Below are positions 30,206 through 40,454 of a DNA stretch of 64,000 nucleotides, in pieces. This DNA comes from Elusimicrobia bacterium GWA2_66_18. Lineage in GTDB: Bacteria > Elusimicrobiota > Elusimicrobia > UBA1565 > UBA9628. Positions within the stretch are counted from its first letter, which is position 1. Every line of letters starts with the position of its first letter. The notes beneath the pieces are model-generated. The model saw only the letters and a list, made by a program, of their open reading frames with translations. It ran no database searches and was not told the origin of the DNA. Location of the stretch: assembly GCA_001799675.1 (NCBI GenBank), contig MGTX01000016.1:9876-73875 (forward strand), given 5' to 3'. The translations under genes were made by a program, and so were the position numbers.

Positions 30206-32363
30206 TCTGCATATCCTTCCGCCATCTCCACGACGGCGAGGCGGCTTTAAGAGCGGCCACGCGGTCGCGTCGCGCCTCAGCGGTCCTACCGAGGGACTGC
30301 TGGGCATTGGCGCGCGCGGCCAGTACATCAGCCGCAAGATTCGGCCTATCCGGCTTGAACGTAAGCATGCGGTCGTAGCAGGAGATCGCTTCCAAACCGC
30401 GGCCCGATAAGTTCAGTATGGCTCCCAGGCTCAGCCAAGCCGAGATATTATTCCAATCGTACCTGATCGCCTTTCGGAATGCACCTTCCGCCTCGCTTCT
30501 ACGACCGGCGCTATAGAGAGAGATGCCCCAAATCACTGAGAGCTCAGCCTGCTGACGCAGCCACCCAACATGAACGCCGGACGGCTTGCCGGAACGATCT
30601 TCGTAGTAACCCCAGGGAGGCAGCAGATCCGGCGCATGGAGCCTCATATTGAGCGCGGCCCTTTGACTCAGCGGCGGGGGCCAGGAAAGAAGCAGAATCT
30701 CCATTTCGGCGTTCGTTCGGAGCACGGCAGCTCTGTTCAACTCACGCGTGCCGGCACGACCGGGACGCTGGACATCATTTCCTTCGAGACGGCGCCATTT
30801 TTCGAGTTGTTGACGGGCTTGCTTAACCTGATCCTTGGACAAATGGCACAAGATCGCCACGCGAAGCATTTCGTCCGGCCGCACGATCGCGGCCGGCTCC
30901 GGGAAGATGTCGGACTCCCGGCAATCCGCGCTATTGATTGCGTTGGCGGACGCAAGCAGCAAGGCCGCGCCGCGATTCCCGGGATCGAGCGCGACGCAAC
31001 GCCGCAAGGCCGTCGCCGCGTCGCGCGGGTTGTTTTGAGAAAGCAGATTCCGCCCCTGGTAACCCCATAACCACGACTCCGTCGGATGCAGGCGCAGCTC
31101 GCGCGCGAGAGCATCGGGAGCGGATGCGCGCGCCGGAAAAAGAGCGCAAAGCGCCAGGGCGAGAGAAACGACGACAACGACCGGCCCGCCGAACATGACG
31201 AACCATCTTCTCGGCCACAGAGAGCACGCCCCCGCGGGAGAGAATTTAATCAAGCCCGCCGCGGGAAGAACAGCCAGGACGGGCAAGATCGGAAATAGAT
31301 ATCTTCGCTCGATCGGGATGAGGAAATGCATGCCGCAGTAATAGGCCGCCAAACCCAGCAGAGAGCGCACAACCGGATCGCGCCAGCCGAGAGCCGCTCC
31401 GACGATCGTCGACGCAAACAGAATCGGAGACCACAACAGGACATGATGAATTCTCTTAAGAACGGAATGGAGATACCTCAGGGGATGCGCAAGCACCCAT
31501 ACGACGGCCGCCCGCAACGGCGCATCTTCCGAAGTGGCCCCGATGAGAGATCTCGCGTCCTCCAACACGGGCCCCGAGACCACCCCGGCCGCGCCGGCCA
31601 TGATGTTCGCATCCGCGCGTTTATTCTCCAGGAAAAGGAAATGATCTTGAACCCGGGAATTCAGATAGCCCCAAGGGAAGAGAACGATGAAAGGAATCCC
31701 CATGAGCAGCGCCGCCGTTCGAACCGCCTTCCGCCGCTCTTTGGCGCGAAGCATCTCCCATCCGGCGCACAAAGCCGGGTAAAAGAGGAGCGGGGAGAGC
31801 GTCGCCAGACTTATTCCCATCGACAATCCAAGGGCTTGGGTCGCCGTCCGGTTTTCGGTTTTAGCTCTCCAAGCCGCCGCAAATCCCACAAGGGCGATCG
31901 TCGCTTGGTAGAACCATCGATCCCCGAAAAAACCTTCCCAGGAACCCCCGAAAGAACTCGCAAAGAAACAATAGGCGCCCACGGCAAAGACTCCGCCAAG
32001 CCCTCCGGCCACGAAACGTCCCATGCCCGCGACGAGCGCGACCGTCAGGCCCAAAGCCGCCGCGGGAAACGCCAGTCCGCCTCTGCCTCGGTTTGGATGG
32101 CAGACCAACGCGTTGGATACGCTGTACGCGGGCATGCTCCATGAAAGCCGACGGTGCGGCAACCCATGAAGCAGGGCTTCCCCGGCCTCGACGTTTGCGT
32201 CATGGTCCTCCGCGCAATAAGCATCGCGCGAATAGGACGCCGCCGCATCCTTCAACACCATCGACAAACGAACGATGCCGAATGCAGCCGCGGCGATGAA
32301 TACGACCGCGACCCAACGATGGCCGCTCCTCGAATCGGAAACAGCCTGGATGGGCAGCCTCAT
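30189..32363 (-). CDS. Polytopic membrane protein with C-terminal TPRs
   Basis: Hydrophobic N-half with PWG..N and ERRYLFP; TPR-like AEGAFRKAIRYD, EAISCYDR. Confidence 0.7.
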   Translation of the reverse strand: MRLPIQAVSDSRSGHRWVAVVFIAAAAFGIVRLSMVLKDAAASYSRDAYCAEDHDANVEAGEALLHGLPHRRLSWSMPAYSVSNALVCHPNRGRGGLAFPAAALGLTVALVAGMGRFVAGGLGGVFAVGAYCFFASSFGGSWEGFFGDRWFYQATIALVGFAAAWRAKTENRTATQALGLSMGISLATLSPLLFYPALCAGWEMLRAKERRKAVRTAALLMGIPFIVLFPWGYLNSRVQDHFLFLENKRADANIMAGAAGVVSGPVLEDARSLIGATSEDAPLRAAVVWVLAHPLRYLHSVLKRIHHVLLWSPILFASTIVGAALGWRDPVVRSLLGLAAYYCGMHFLIPIERRYLFPILPVLAVLPAAGLIKFSPAGACSLWPRRWFVMFGGPVVVVVSLALALCALFPARASAPDALARELRLHPTESWLWGYQGRNLLSQNNPRDAATALRRCVALDPGNRGAALLLASANAINSADCRESDIFPEPAAIVRPDEMLRVAILCHLSKDQVKQARQQLEKWRRLEGNDVQRPGRAGTRELNRAAVLRTNAEMEILLLSWPPPLSQRAALNMRLHAPDLLPPWGYYEDRSGKPSGVHVGWLRQQAELSVIWGISLYSAGRRSEAEGAFRKAIRYDWNNISAWLSLGAILNLSGRGLEAISCYDRMLTFKPDRPNLAADVLAARANAQQSLGRTAEARRDRVAALKAASPSWRWRKDMQNVVGF

Positions 32364-34147
32364 GATCGACCCGCCATCCATATCCTCCGCACGTAAGACT
32401 CCGAACGCCTGATGCCCTTGGCCATCTCCAATCCGGCCGTCAGAATTTTCCGCATCTCGGCGGGTCCAAAGGAGGAGCCCCGCGGCAACCCCAACTCGCC
32501 GCCGATAAAGGCAGTCACTTCCCGAGGGATAGCCGAAAAATCGGCCGCCAAGCCCTTCCCGTCGCGAATCAGAGCGCGGTTAAAATACGCCCAGAGGTTG
32601 TCGGGGGCCGACGCGATCACATGGTCAAGGTCCCGTATGCTCTCGTCATGCCGACCCATCACCCGGTAGACCTCGCCCCTCCATGCGCGCGCCTCGAAAT
32701 CCTTCGGGTCCAACTCGACGGCTAGATCGAGGTCCGCGAGCGCCTCATCGCGCCGCCCGAGTTTCCAAAGCGTCGCCCCGCGCCAGCCGTAGATGAAAGT
32801 CTGCGCCCCGAGCGCAACCGCCTCGTCAAGCATCTCCAGGGCCTTCTTGTACTCCCCCAGCCACAGGAATATCTCGCCGTTCCAGGTCAACACCTCCCGT
32901 CGGACGGTCGCGTCGCCGACCTTCCGGGCCCGCTCGAACTCGCGCAAGGCCTGCTCCTTATCGCCCTTGGCCAGGTAGGCCTCGGCCATGCGGCAGCGGA
33001 CCCACCAATGAGAGGGCGCGTGCCTGAGAATCCGCCGGGAGATCGCGATGGCTCCGTCGAAGTCCAGCATGCCGAGCTTGACTAAAATGCAGGACTGGCT
33101 CATCCATGAGTATCGAGGCGAGCCCGAGTCCTCGATGCTCTCATATTCGGCCATCGCCTCCTCGTCGCAGCCGCTGTCTCCAAGGAGGATGGCCCGATAA
33201 TAGGCGAACCAGCGGGAGAATTTTCCACCCTTGCTCGCGGCGCGGATGCGGCGGAGTTCCTCAGCGATGAAGCGATCCTCGACCACGGCCCGGCGGATCT
33301 CCCGCCACCACGGCCACATGAGCTGTCCGGGAGACTGAAAGCCTCCGAGTTGATCGAGCATCGCCTCGCCCAGACGGAAAGCGGCTCGATATTTCCTCGC
33401 GCACATGAGGGCGGAGAATATCTGGGGCCACTCGAGGACGAGCTTATCGGAGTGACCGGCCCGCGCCAGGCAGCCCAACAGCGCCCGTTCTACGGCGGGC
33501 GCGTAGCGCCCGAGCGCGATGAGCTCAAGAAGCGCCTCGATGCGGGAGTTTTCCGCCCCCTCCGCCCCGGCCCCGAACGCCGGGATGAGCGCCTCCTCCG
33601 CCGCCTTGAGCCGGCCCCTTGCGATCAGCACTTCCGTAAGCAGGATGCGAGCGCCCGGCTGCGGGACGACGCTGAGCACGGCGCGCATCGCCGCCTCGAT
33701 GCGATCTAGATTCTCGCCGTTTTGGATCACCCTCTCCACGAAAACGCGCCGGTACATATTAAATTCCATGAGTGCGTACAGACTCTTGCCCGCGTCCTCG
33801 CTGAAACCGCCGCGCAGTATAATGTCGCAGAGGAGATTGAGTTTACCTTCCGCCTGCGCCACCGTTTCCTTCAACACCTCGTAAGCCTCCGCCGAGCGGC
33901 CCGTCTTCTCTAGAAACCGGGAGAGTTCCACTCGCGGCAGCGGCGATGCGGGCTTAACGTCCAGGGCCTTACGGAAAACATTCTCGGCCTGCTCCAAACG
34001 CCCCCGGTTCTCCGCGATGCGCCCCAGCCAGATGAATACCTCCAAGACCGAGGTTCCGGCGGCCGCGGAGCGCCGCAAGGCCAGCGCTGCCTCCTTATGG
34101 CGTCCGGCCAGGACCAGAAGCTCGATCTCCGAAGGATCTCCATTCAT
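32360..34147 (-). CDS. TPR repeat protein
   Basis: AENVFRKALDVKP, ALADLDLAVELDP, WRGEVY repeats. Confidence 0.8.
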   Translation of the reverse strand: MNGDPSEIELLVLAGRHKEAALALRRSAAAGTSVLEVFIWLGRIAENRGRLEQAENVFRKALDVKPASPLPRVELSRFLEKTGRSAEAYEVLKETVAQAEGKLNLLCDIILRGGFSEDAGKSLYALMEFNMYRRVFVERVIQNGENLDRIEAAMRAVLSVVPQPGARILLTEVLIARGRLKAAEEALIPAFGAGAEGAENSRIEALLELIALGRYAPAVERALLGCLARAGHSDKLVLEWPQIFSALMCARKYRAAFRLGEAMLDQLGGFQSPGQLMWPWWREIRRAVVEDRFIAEELRRIRAASKGGKFSRWFAYYRAILLGDSGCDEEAMAEYESIEDSGSPRYSWMSQSCILVKLGMLDFDGAIAISRRILRHAPSHWWVRCRMAEAYLAKGDKEQALREFERARKVGDATVRREVLTWNGEIFLWLGEYKKALEMLDEAVALGAQTFIYGWRGATLWKLGRRDEALADLDLAVELDPKDFEARAWRGEVYRVMGRHDESIRDLDHVIASAPDNLWAYFNRALIRDGKGLAADFSAIPREVTAFIGGELGLPRGSSFGPAEMRKILTAGLEMAKGIRRSESYVRRIWMAGRS

Positions 34148-35154
34148 AATGGCGATAATTCCTCGAGCCCATAGAGATCCGCGTAAGTTTTCCACACCCC
34201 CTCGCAACGGTTACGGAAACGGCAACGAGCGCATTGCGGCGCGGCCGTCTTGAGGACGTTCTTCTTGACCTCCTGCCAGACGAATCGGTCCTGCATCGGC
34301 CCCTTCTTGGTGGCCATGCTCACATCGTTGGCTGGATCGAAGAGAGCTTCGTCGAGGTATTTCGCCGCCAGGAAGTCGCCCAGGCGGCCCGAGACGCCGG
34401 CCAACGTCAAAGCGCATCGCGGTACGCCGCCGAAGGACAGATGCCGGCCAAGCCTCTTCTCATTGAGCAGCATGATCCGAACGATCTCCGGCATGGCCTC
34501 CTTGAAGGAGGGAGTCCATGCCCGTTCGTTGCGAACGGCGCCTTGGGGCCAGATGTAATTAAAACGAATGTCGTCCAAGCCCAAGTCTCCAAAGAAGGCG
34601 ATGTATTTCTCCATCTCCCTCATAGTCGGGCGGCACAGGACCGGATTGAGCGAGATATTGTCCCTCAGACGCCCGTCACGCCTCAGGGCGAGAAGGTTTT
34701 TGACCGCCATGACCTTGCGGGAAAGATTGCCTGGAACACCCGTGATGAGCCCGTCCTCGACCTCGGGGCGGTGACTGTGGATGGAAAGGGTCGCGCGGGT
34801 GAGGCCGGCCTCGACGAGCCTGCGGCAGAAATCGGCGTCCGAGAGGCGCGTTGCGTTCGTGCAGATGGCGATGCGCTCGTAGCCGATGCCGCGAGCGCAA
34901 GCGATGCTTTCGATAATGTGCGGGTAAACGGTCGGTTCCCCCCCTAAAAAACCGGCGGCGCGGCAGCCCTTCTCGTAAAAGTGGCGGAGCTCCTCGCGAA
35001 CCCTCTCCGGGCTCGCCCAATCCTCCTGCTGATCGCGGTTGGCGCCGCTCATGCAGAATACGCAGAGGTTGTTGCAACGAGTGCCCAGGTGGACCTCGAT
35101 CCTTCGCAACTCGCCGAAAACCGCCGCCCGATTCGCTTTGTCGGAAGGAATCAC
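34144..35154 (-). CDS. Radical SAM enzyme, HxsC-like tail
   Basis: CNNLCVFC, GGEPT, CTNA, VPRC, CARCRFRNRCEGVW..Y..LYG.EEL.P; GTG overlaps the upstream stop. Confidence 0.88.
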   Translation of the reverse strand: MIPSDKANRAAVFGELRRIEVHLGTRCNNLCVFCMSGANRDQQEDWASPERVREELRHFYEKGCRAAGFLGGEPTVYPHIIESIACARGIGYERIAICTNATRLSDADFCRRLVEAGLTRATLSIHSHRPEVEDGLITGVPGNLSRKVMAVKNLLALRRDGRLRDNISLNPVLCRPTMREMEKYIAFFGDLGLDDIRFNYIWPQGAVRNERAWTPSFKEAMPEIVRIMLLNEKRLGRHLSFGGVPRCALTLAGVSGRLGDFLAAKYLDEALFDPANDVSMATKKGPMQDRFVWQEVKKNVLKTAAPQCARCRFRNRCEGVWKTYADLYGLEELSPL

Positions 35155-36848
35155 CGCTCGGTCCCCTCCGGATGGATCAAAAGGGCGACGTCGGAGACGG
35201 ACTTCCAATGGATGCGCCGCAAGGCCTTCATCCAGCTTCCGGCCGGCAATGTACGCACCTCGTTGGCATAGGGAAACTTGGACTTGGGAACCTTGGTCAT
35301 GTCAAAGAAAAGGCTGATGCTCCGATCAGCGTCAAGCTTCGCGACGGACCGCAAGCATTCCTCGATCGAACTCTTGTTGAGAAAAACAACGACCGGCTCA
35401 TCCTTGCGCAGCAGAGCGTCGCGCAGCCGTTCGACGTCAGCGGCCACGAAAAAAATAAACCGAAACGATTTCGTCTTTGGCTCAAGCATCCAGTCGTAGC
35501 CGCTCAAAGACAGCAAGGTCGTCAGGGCCGAAGCGCCGGCCAGCGGCGTGATCTCGACCCCTCGGGACCGAACCTCGCGCACCAGCCAACCGCCGGGATC
35601 GGAAAAGCATGGGGCGCCGCCGGAAGAGATAACCCCCGCATCTTCTCGACGCAGGACTTCGAAAACCCGTTTTAAGAAGCCCTCATCGCGACGGATCGGG
35701 ATCGTCAGGAACTCTTTGTCGGAGCAATCGAGGCGCAATATCTCGCTCATCTGAGAACAAGCCTCGTCCGCGTCTTCCGCGAAAAAGACGCGAAGGCGGC
35801 GCGCCGCGCGCAGGGTATTGAGCGTCACGTCGCCTCGATCTCCTATGTGCCACGGAATCAGAACCAGCGCGCGTGCTTTTGTCGGAAGCTTGGCGCCCGA
35901 CGAGGCTTGGCTGGTCGGCGGCATAAATTCCCTCCATCCTCTTCTTTCGACATAACCTCTAAAGACGCCCTCGCAGCCGTCCGACCAGGGGCAGACGCGG
36001 CAAGGTTCGCCCTTCATTTTCTCACGACGCACATCGCAATAAATATTCCTCTCAGAACCTTCATTGGAGGCCTGGAAAACGTCCTTATTCAAGCGCGGGC
36101 AGACCGCCCGTGCATGCCGCGGCAGGACGCAGGGGGGCACGTCGATCACGGAATGGTTGATTCCCCGCGTCCGGCCGCGGTCGAGTCCCTTCGAAAGAGG
36201 ATCGGCTATGTCGGCAAAATGAGGAACGATCAGATCGAAGGCGTCCGACATGTAGCCTTGTATCCTGGGGAAATAAAGATTGTGCCGCTGCACTCCTTGG
36301 TCGGCGACGAAATCCATGATGTGGTCAAGGCGCGCGGCCGTTAACGGAGTCATGACCGTATTGATGGAAAACTGACAGGCGGCCTTCTTCTCCTCCATGA
36401 GGCGGAGGACGTTCGCTATGGCGGCGACCTTATTCTTGAAGCTGGCGGGATTACGCGTAATGGCCGCTTCCGCCTCGCTCGAATCGCTATGCAGCGAGAT
36501 CGTCAGTTTATTGATGCCGCTGTCAAGAAACAGGGCCGCCTTCCCATCATTCGCGAAGACCTGCCCATTGGTAACGAGATGAATCATGTGAAAACCCAGG
36601 CCGCGGGCATGCTGGAATATCTTGACGGCATCGGCACGCAGCGTGAATTCCTTGGAACTGATTTCCAAACCGTCGTACCCTTGATGCCGAGACTCGTCAA
36701 GTTTCCGCATGATCTGCCGGGTGGTCAAGACGGGGAGATCTCCCAGAACGTCGCCGCAGAATATGCACTGATTACAACAACGGTTGGAGAGGGAGAGATC
36801 TAGGACCTTCACTGCTGCAATGACTGCGAAGGAAGGGATCTGCTTCAT
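35151..36848 (-). CDS. Radical SAM enzyme fused to RsmI-like tetrapyrrole-methylase-fold domain
   Basis: CCNQCIFC, VTNG, VPPC, CRVCPWSDGCEG; then LVLIPWHIGDRGDVT, FAED, ISSGGAPCFSDPG, PLAGASA. Confidence 0.82.
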   Translation of the reverse strand: MKQIPSFAVIAAVKVLDLSLSNRCCNQCIFCGDVLGDLPVLTTRQIMRKLDESRHQGYDGLEISSKEFTLRADAVKIFQHARGLGFHMIHLVTNGQVFANDGKAALFLDSGINKLTISLHSDSSEAEAAITRNPASFKNKVAAIANVLRLMEEKKAACQFSINTVMTPLTAARLDHIMDFVADQGVQRHNLYFPRIQGYMSDAFDLIVPHFADIADPLSKGLDRGRTRGINHSVIDVPPCVLPRHARAVCPRLNKDVFQASNEGSERNIYCDVRREKMKGEPCRVCPWSDGCEGVFRGYVERRGWREFMPPTSQASSGAKLPTKARALVLIPWHIGDRGDVTLNTLRAARRLRVFFAEDADEACSQMSEILRLDCSDKEFLTIPIRRDEGFLKRVFEVLRREDAGVISSGGAPCFSDPGGWLVREVRSRGVEITPLAGASALTTLLSLSGYDWMLEPKTKSFRFIFFVAADVERLRDALLRKDEPVVVFLNKSSIEECLRSVAKLDADRSISLFFDMTKVPKSKFPYANEVRTLPAGSWMKALRRIHWKSVSDVALLIHPEGTER

Positions 36849-36864
36849 CGTGCCGCCGGCTCGT

Positions 36865-38142
36865 CTATTCAATTGAGCCACGCCACCTTCGGCACGCGGA
36901 CAGTTCGCCGGCCATTCGGTCCACGAAAGCCAGGAATCCGTTGAAGCCCAGGAAGGGCCTCTCATAGAGGGCGTGCTGGCGGTAGCTGGGGAATCCGAAC
37001 TCCAGGGTCGCGGCCGCCGTCGACAGGCCATCCTGCTCGTGCCAGGAGGAGACGAAGAGGTCCAGGGACGATTGAAGCAGCCGGGACACTTCCTCCGACT
37101 GAGTGAACGGCTCGTAAAGGACGACGCCGTCCTCGCGCACCCCGCCGTGAGCCCGTCGACCCCGTACGATTGTGCCGGCAACCGAAACACCGAGGTCCTC
37201 GGCGATGTCGAGAAAACCGTCCGCCAGGTAAGGATCGCCCATGAAGGCCATCCGCCGGTGAAGGAAGAGATGAGGCACGATCTTCTGCAGGCGCGGCATC
37301 AGGCGAGACAGCTCTTGGTCGATGAAGTCCTCCGCCTGCGCCGAGCGTCCCGTCGCCTCGGCCACGGCGCGCAGGAATCCGAGCGTCTTAGGGATGCCGA
37401 AGGGAAGTTCGGCCTCGACGAGCCGCGCGCCGGTCGTCTGAGCCAGACGCCGCGCGGCGGCGCGGCCGTACGGTAAAGAGACGATGACCTCGGCCTGCGA
37501 GGCTTTCTTGAGGTCGGCGGCGTTCCTGCCTTCGAGCCAAATCGAGGCCGTCTTCAGTCCCAGAGCCCCCAACAGCCGTCGGATCTCGACGAGGTTGGCG
37601 GCATGGTCGCCCTCGTTGCGATCCATGAAATAGCCGACGACGGCGGCGCAGCCGGAGCGGCGGCTTCCTTGCGCGACTCCCAGCCCGCGGGCAAGGCTGT
37701 TCAACGTCTGCGCGTAGCCGTCAAGCCAGTCTCCGACCAGCGAGTCCGGCGGGATGTCGATGGCCGGCTTCCTGAGGCGCCCGCCGGAGGGGCGGAGCAG
37801 ACGGCCGTAATCGACTCCGGTGATCGAGCACATCGGCAGGGCCGTCACCAGGACGAGACCTGAGTCGTCGATGCCGTCAAGCGTTTTGAGCTGACGCCGG
37901 ATGACGTCGTCGTGCTCCTTGACGACTCCGCGCGAACAAACATTGGTGAAGGCCACGCGGTGACGTCCATTGGAGCGCAAAAGAGTGGAGTTCAAGTCAT
38001 GACGGCCGTGGATAAAATGGGCCTTATAAAGCGTGCAGTCGGGACCGTCGACCAAGACGTACGCGTCTCGAATGGCGTTGACGGCGAGATAAACTCCGAG
38101 AAGGGTAGGGTAATTCATCGGGCGTCCGGAATTGGCGGCCAT
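36865..38142 (-). CDS. Nitrogenase component-1-like subunit, beta-like type A
   Basis: GVYLAVNAI, DGPDC, PMCSITGVD, DWLDGY, LPFGI, FGFPSY..H....PFLGFNG. Confidence 0.8.
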   Translation of the reverse strand: MAANSGRPMNYPTLLGVYLAVNAIRDAYVLVDGPDCTLYKAHFIHGRHDLNSTLLRSNGRHRVAFTNVCSRGVVKEHDDVIRRQLKTLDGIDDSGLVLVTALPMCSITGVDYGRLLRPSGGRLRKPAIDIPPDSLVGDWLDGYAQTLNSLARGLGVAQGSRRSGCAAVVGYFMDRNEGDHAANLVEIRRLLGALGLKTASIWLEGRNAADLKKASQAEVIVSLPYGRAAARRLAQTTGARLVEAELPFGIPKTLGFLRAVAEATGRSAQAEDFIDQELSRLMPRLQKIVPHLFLHRRMAFMGDPYLADGFLDIAEDLGVSVAGTIVRGRRAHGGVREDGVVLYEPFTQSEEVSRLLQSSLDLFVSSWHEQDGLSTAAATLEFGFPSYRQHALYERPFLGFNGFLAFVDRMAGELSACRRWRGSIE

Positions 38143-40443
38143 TTAATCCGCTCCCACGTAACGCGCGTAGCGCCGATGAAACGGCCACCGGCAAATCCGG
38201 TTGAGACTCTCGAGCGTGCGCAGCGCCCCCACGGCGCCCATCTCGAAGAGATCGAGCGAGAATTGGGATTTCCCGGCCCGCGCCAGCCTCGGGTCGGACG
38301 CATACTCCGAATAGACCGCCTCGAAACGGCCGCCCGCCAGCAGCGCCTCGAGATGCTCGGGGGTCTTGAAGAACGACAAGTGGGGAGACTCTCGTCCCGC
38401 TTGGCCGTAACACAGAACGTGGACCGCGAACCCCATCTCCCTGAGCAGGCGCAACAGCGGGATTCCCCACATCTGGGACGCGTCGGTCAGCCGTCCCGCG
38501 TGATGAGAGTCCACGACGAAGGCCAAGGCATGGCCGTTGGCCTCCCGCCGAGCGCGGTCCCAATCGCCGGATATCTCCCCGAAGGACTTCTCGAAAGCCG
38601 CGCGGACTTGGCGTTGGCGTCCGAACTCGCCGGCGACTCCCTTGAGCCAGGTCTTCGTCGCCTCCGGGCCGTAGGGCGCGGCGAGTCTCAGAGAACGGAT
38701 CGGCATCGGCGCGAAGAACTCGCGATAGGTCTCTTCGTAGGCGCCGTTCGGGTAGAGGACCTGGACCGGCGCCGCGAGGTAGCTCCGGGCGGCGTCCAAA
38801 TTCAGGAACGGCATCACGCGCGCTCGGACCTCCACGCCGGCCGCCTCCAGCAGGCGCACGACTTCCAGAAGGCTCCGGTTTTCCGGGAAACCCACCAGAT
38901 TGATTGCGCGCCTGCGCCGCCTGACCTTGGCAAAGGAAGGACTGTCGCGCATCTTCTTGAACAACTCAAGCCCCACGTCGGTGCATCCGCCGTTCTCGGC
39001 CGGATTCGAGTAAACGATGGGGACCTTCGTGCGCTCCTGCCAGCGCGCCGCCACCGCCGTCGCGTCGTCGCCGATCACCGTCGGGATGCAGGTCGAATGG
39101 ACGACGATCGCATCCGCACCGTCATGGCTCACCGCTTGGCCGAGGGCCTCGTCGAGCTTGCGGCCCCCGCCGTGGATGACGTCGATGTCCCTCAGGTCCG
39201 TCATGATCTCGCCGCCCGGCTCCTCGCCCGGCTCTTCGCCCGACTCTCCGCCCGGCGCGCAACCGGCATCCTGGCGCGGCCATGGAAACTTAAAGAAGGA
39301 CGGCAGGCTCGCGTCGTAGTAATCCGGAGTGGAGTAGGCGCATTCCAGATCCTGATGCCGGACGTCGATCGTAGCGGCCCTTATCTCCAAATGCCTCTTG
39401 GCGTGACGGCGAGTCTCGAAATCGCAGAAAAAGCGACGCCACTGATCCTCACTCCCCCAGACCTGGGAATTCTGGCCCGGATTGTTGTCCCAAAGAGACG
39501 CCTGCCAGGATAAATCCGCCTCGACATCCGGCCCCCTCTCCGGTCTTTGTTCCCCTGAGCGCCGCTCAACCGGTTGAGGGAGCGACGAAACGGACGGGCG
39601 CTCCGACGGCGCCTGAGGAACGTCGATGAAAGCTCTCCGGGACGACTCATGGAACTGCTCGTCTGTAATAGGAGAGGGGACCTTCGCGGTGGTACGGTCG
39701 AATTTCCACAGTTCCTGCGCCAGCAAACTTACGCGTCGCGACATCTCAGCGTCGGGGGCGTGTTCGACAAGGGTCCGGCGCCGATACTCCGCCTCACGGA
39801 CGGCGGCCTCTCGAGTAAAAAAAGAGAGGACCTTCGTCCCGATCAGCGCCGCCAGGCGCTCGACGGCCTTGATATCGGCCCCCGGGTCGCGGAGATTGGC
39901 GACCAGACCGCAGAGGGCGACGCCGTTGGCGCTGTAATTGCGGATGGCGCGGGCGATATTGTTTGCCGCATAGAGGGCCATGAGCTCTTCGGACGTCACG
40001 ATGACGACCTTGTCGGCAAATCCTTGCCGCAGCGGGGCCGCGAACCCCCCGCAGACGACGTCTCCCAGGACGTCGAAGAGCGCAACGTCATAGCGGTCCT
40101 CCCGCAGGATTCCCGCCCCCTCCAACAGTTCGATCATGCGCGAGATTCCTCTCCCCGCGCAGCCGATGCCTGGTTCCGGCCCCCCCGCCTCGATGCAGTC
40201 GACGCCCAGCCTGCCTCGCACCAGAATCTGGGAAAGATCTGATCCACGCGAGTCCATGAAGGCCGACTGCTCGACGACGGTGCGGATGGGTTTGCCGTCC
40301 GTCAGAGCGACGGTCGTGTCGTGCTTGGGATCGCACCCGACGAGGAGGACCCGCTTCCCCTGCCGGGCATAAACGGCCGCGAGGTTGGCCGACAGCGTGG
40401 ACTTGCCGATGCCGCCCTTGCCGAAGATCGTTATCCGTTGCAT
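38143..40443 (-). CDS. NifH-like Fe protein fused to component-1-like alpha-like type B subunit
   Basis: GKGGIGKST, GCDPKHD, EPGIGCAGRG, DVLGDVVCGGF, YAANNI; then WRRFF, HQDLEC, STCIPTVIGDD, NLVGFP, PYG. Confidence 0.88.
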   Translation of the reverse strand: MQRITIFGKGGIGKSTLSANLAAVYARQGKRVLLVGCDPKHDTTVALTDGKPIRTVVEQSAFMDSRGSDLSQILVRGRLGVDCIEAGGPEPGIGCAGRGISRMIELLEGAGILREDRYDVALFDVLGDVVCGGFAAPLRQGFADKVVIVTSEELMALYAANNIARAIRNYSANGVALCGLVANLRDPGADIKAVERLAALIGTKVLSFFTREAAVREAEYRRRTLVEHAPDAEMSRRVSLLAQELWKFDRTTAKVPSPITDEQFHESSRRAFIDVPQAPSERPSVSSLPQPVERRSGEQRPERGPDVEADLSWQASLWDNNPGQNSQVWGSEDQWRRFFCDFETRRHAKRHLEIRAATIDVRHQDLECAYSTPDYYDASLPSFFKFPWPRQDAGCAPGGESGEEPGEEPGGEIMTDLRDIDVIHGGGRKLDEALGQAVSHDGADAIVVHSTCIPTVIGDDATAVAARWQERTKVPIVYSNPAENGGCTDVGLELFKKMRDSPSFAKVRRRRRAINLVGFPENRSLLEVVRLLEAAGVEVRARVMPFLNLDAARSYLAAPVQVLYPNGAYEETYREFFAPMPIRSLRLAAPYGPEATKTWLKGVAGEFGRQRQVRAAFEKSFGEISGDWDRARREANGHALAFVVDSHHAGRLTDASQMWGIPLLRLLREMGFAVHVLCYGQAGRESPHLSFFKTPEHLEALLAGGRFEAVYSEYASDPRLARAGKSQFSLDLFEMGAVGALRTLESLNRICRWPFHRRYARYVGAD

Positions 40444-40454
40444 GTCTCCCCCTC

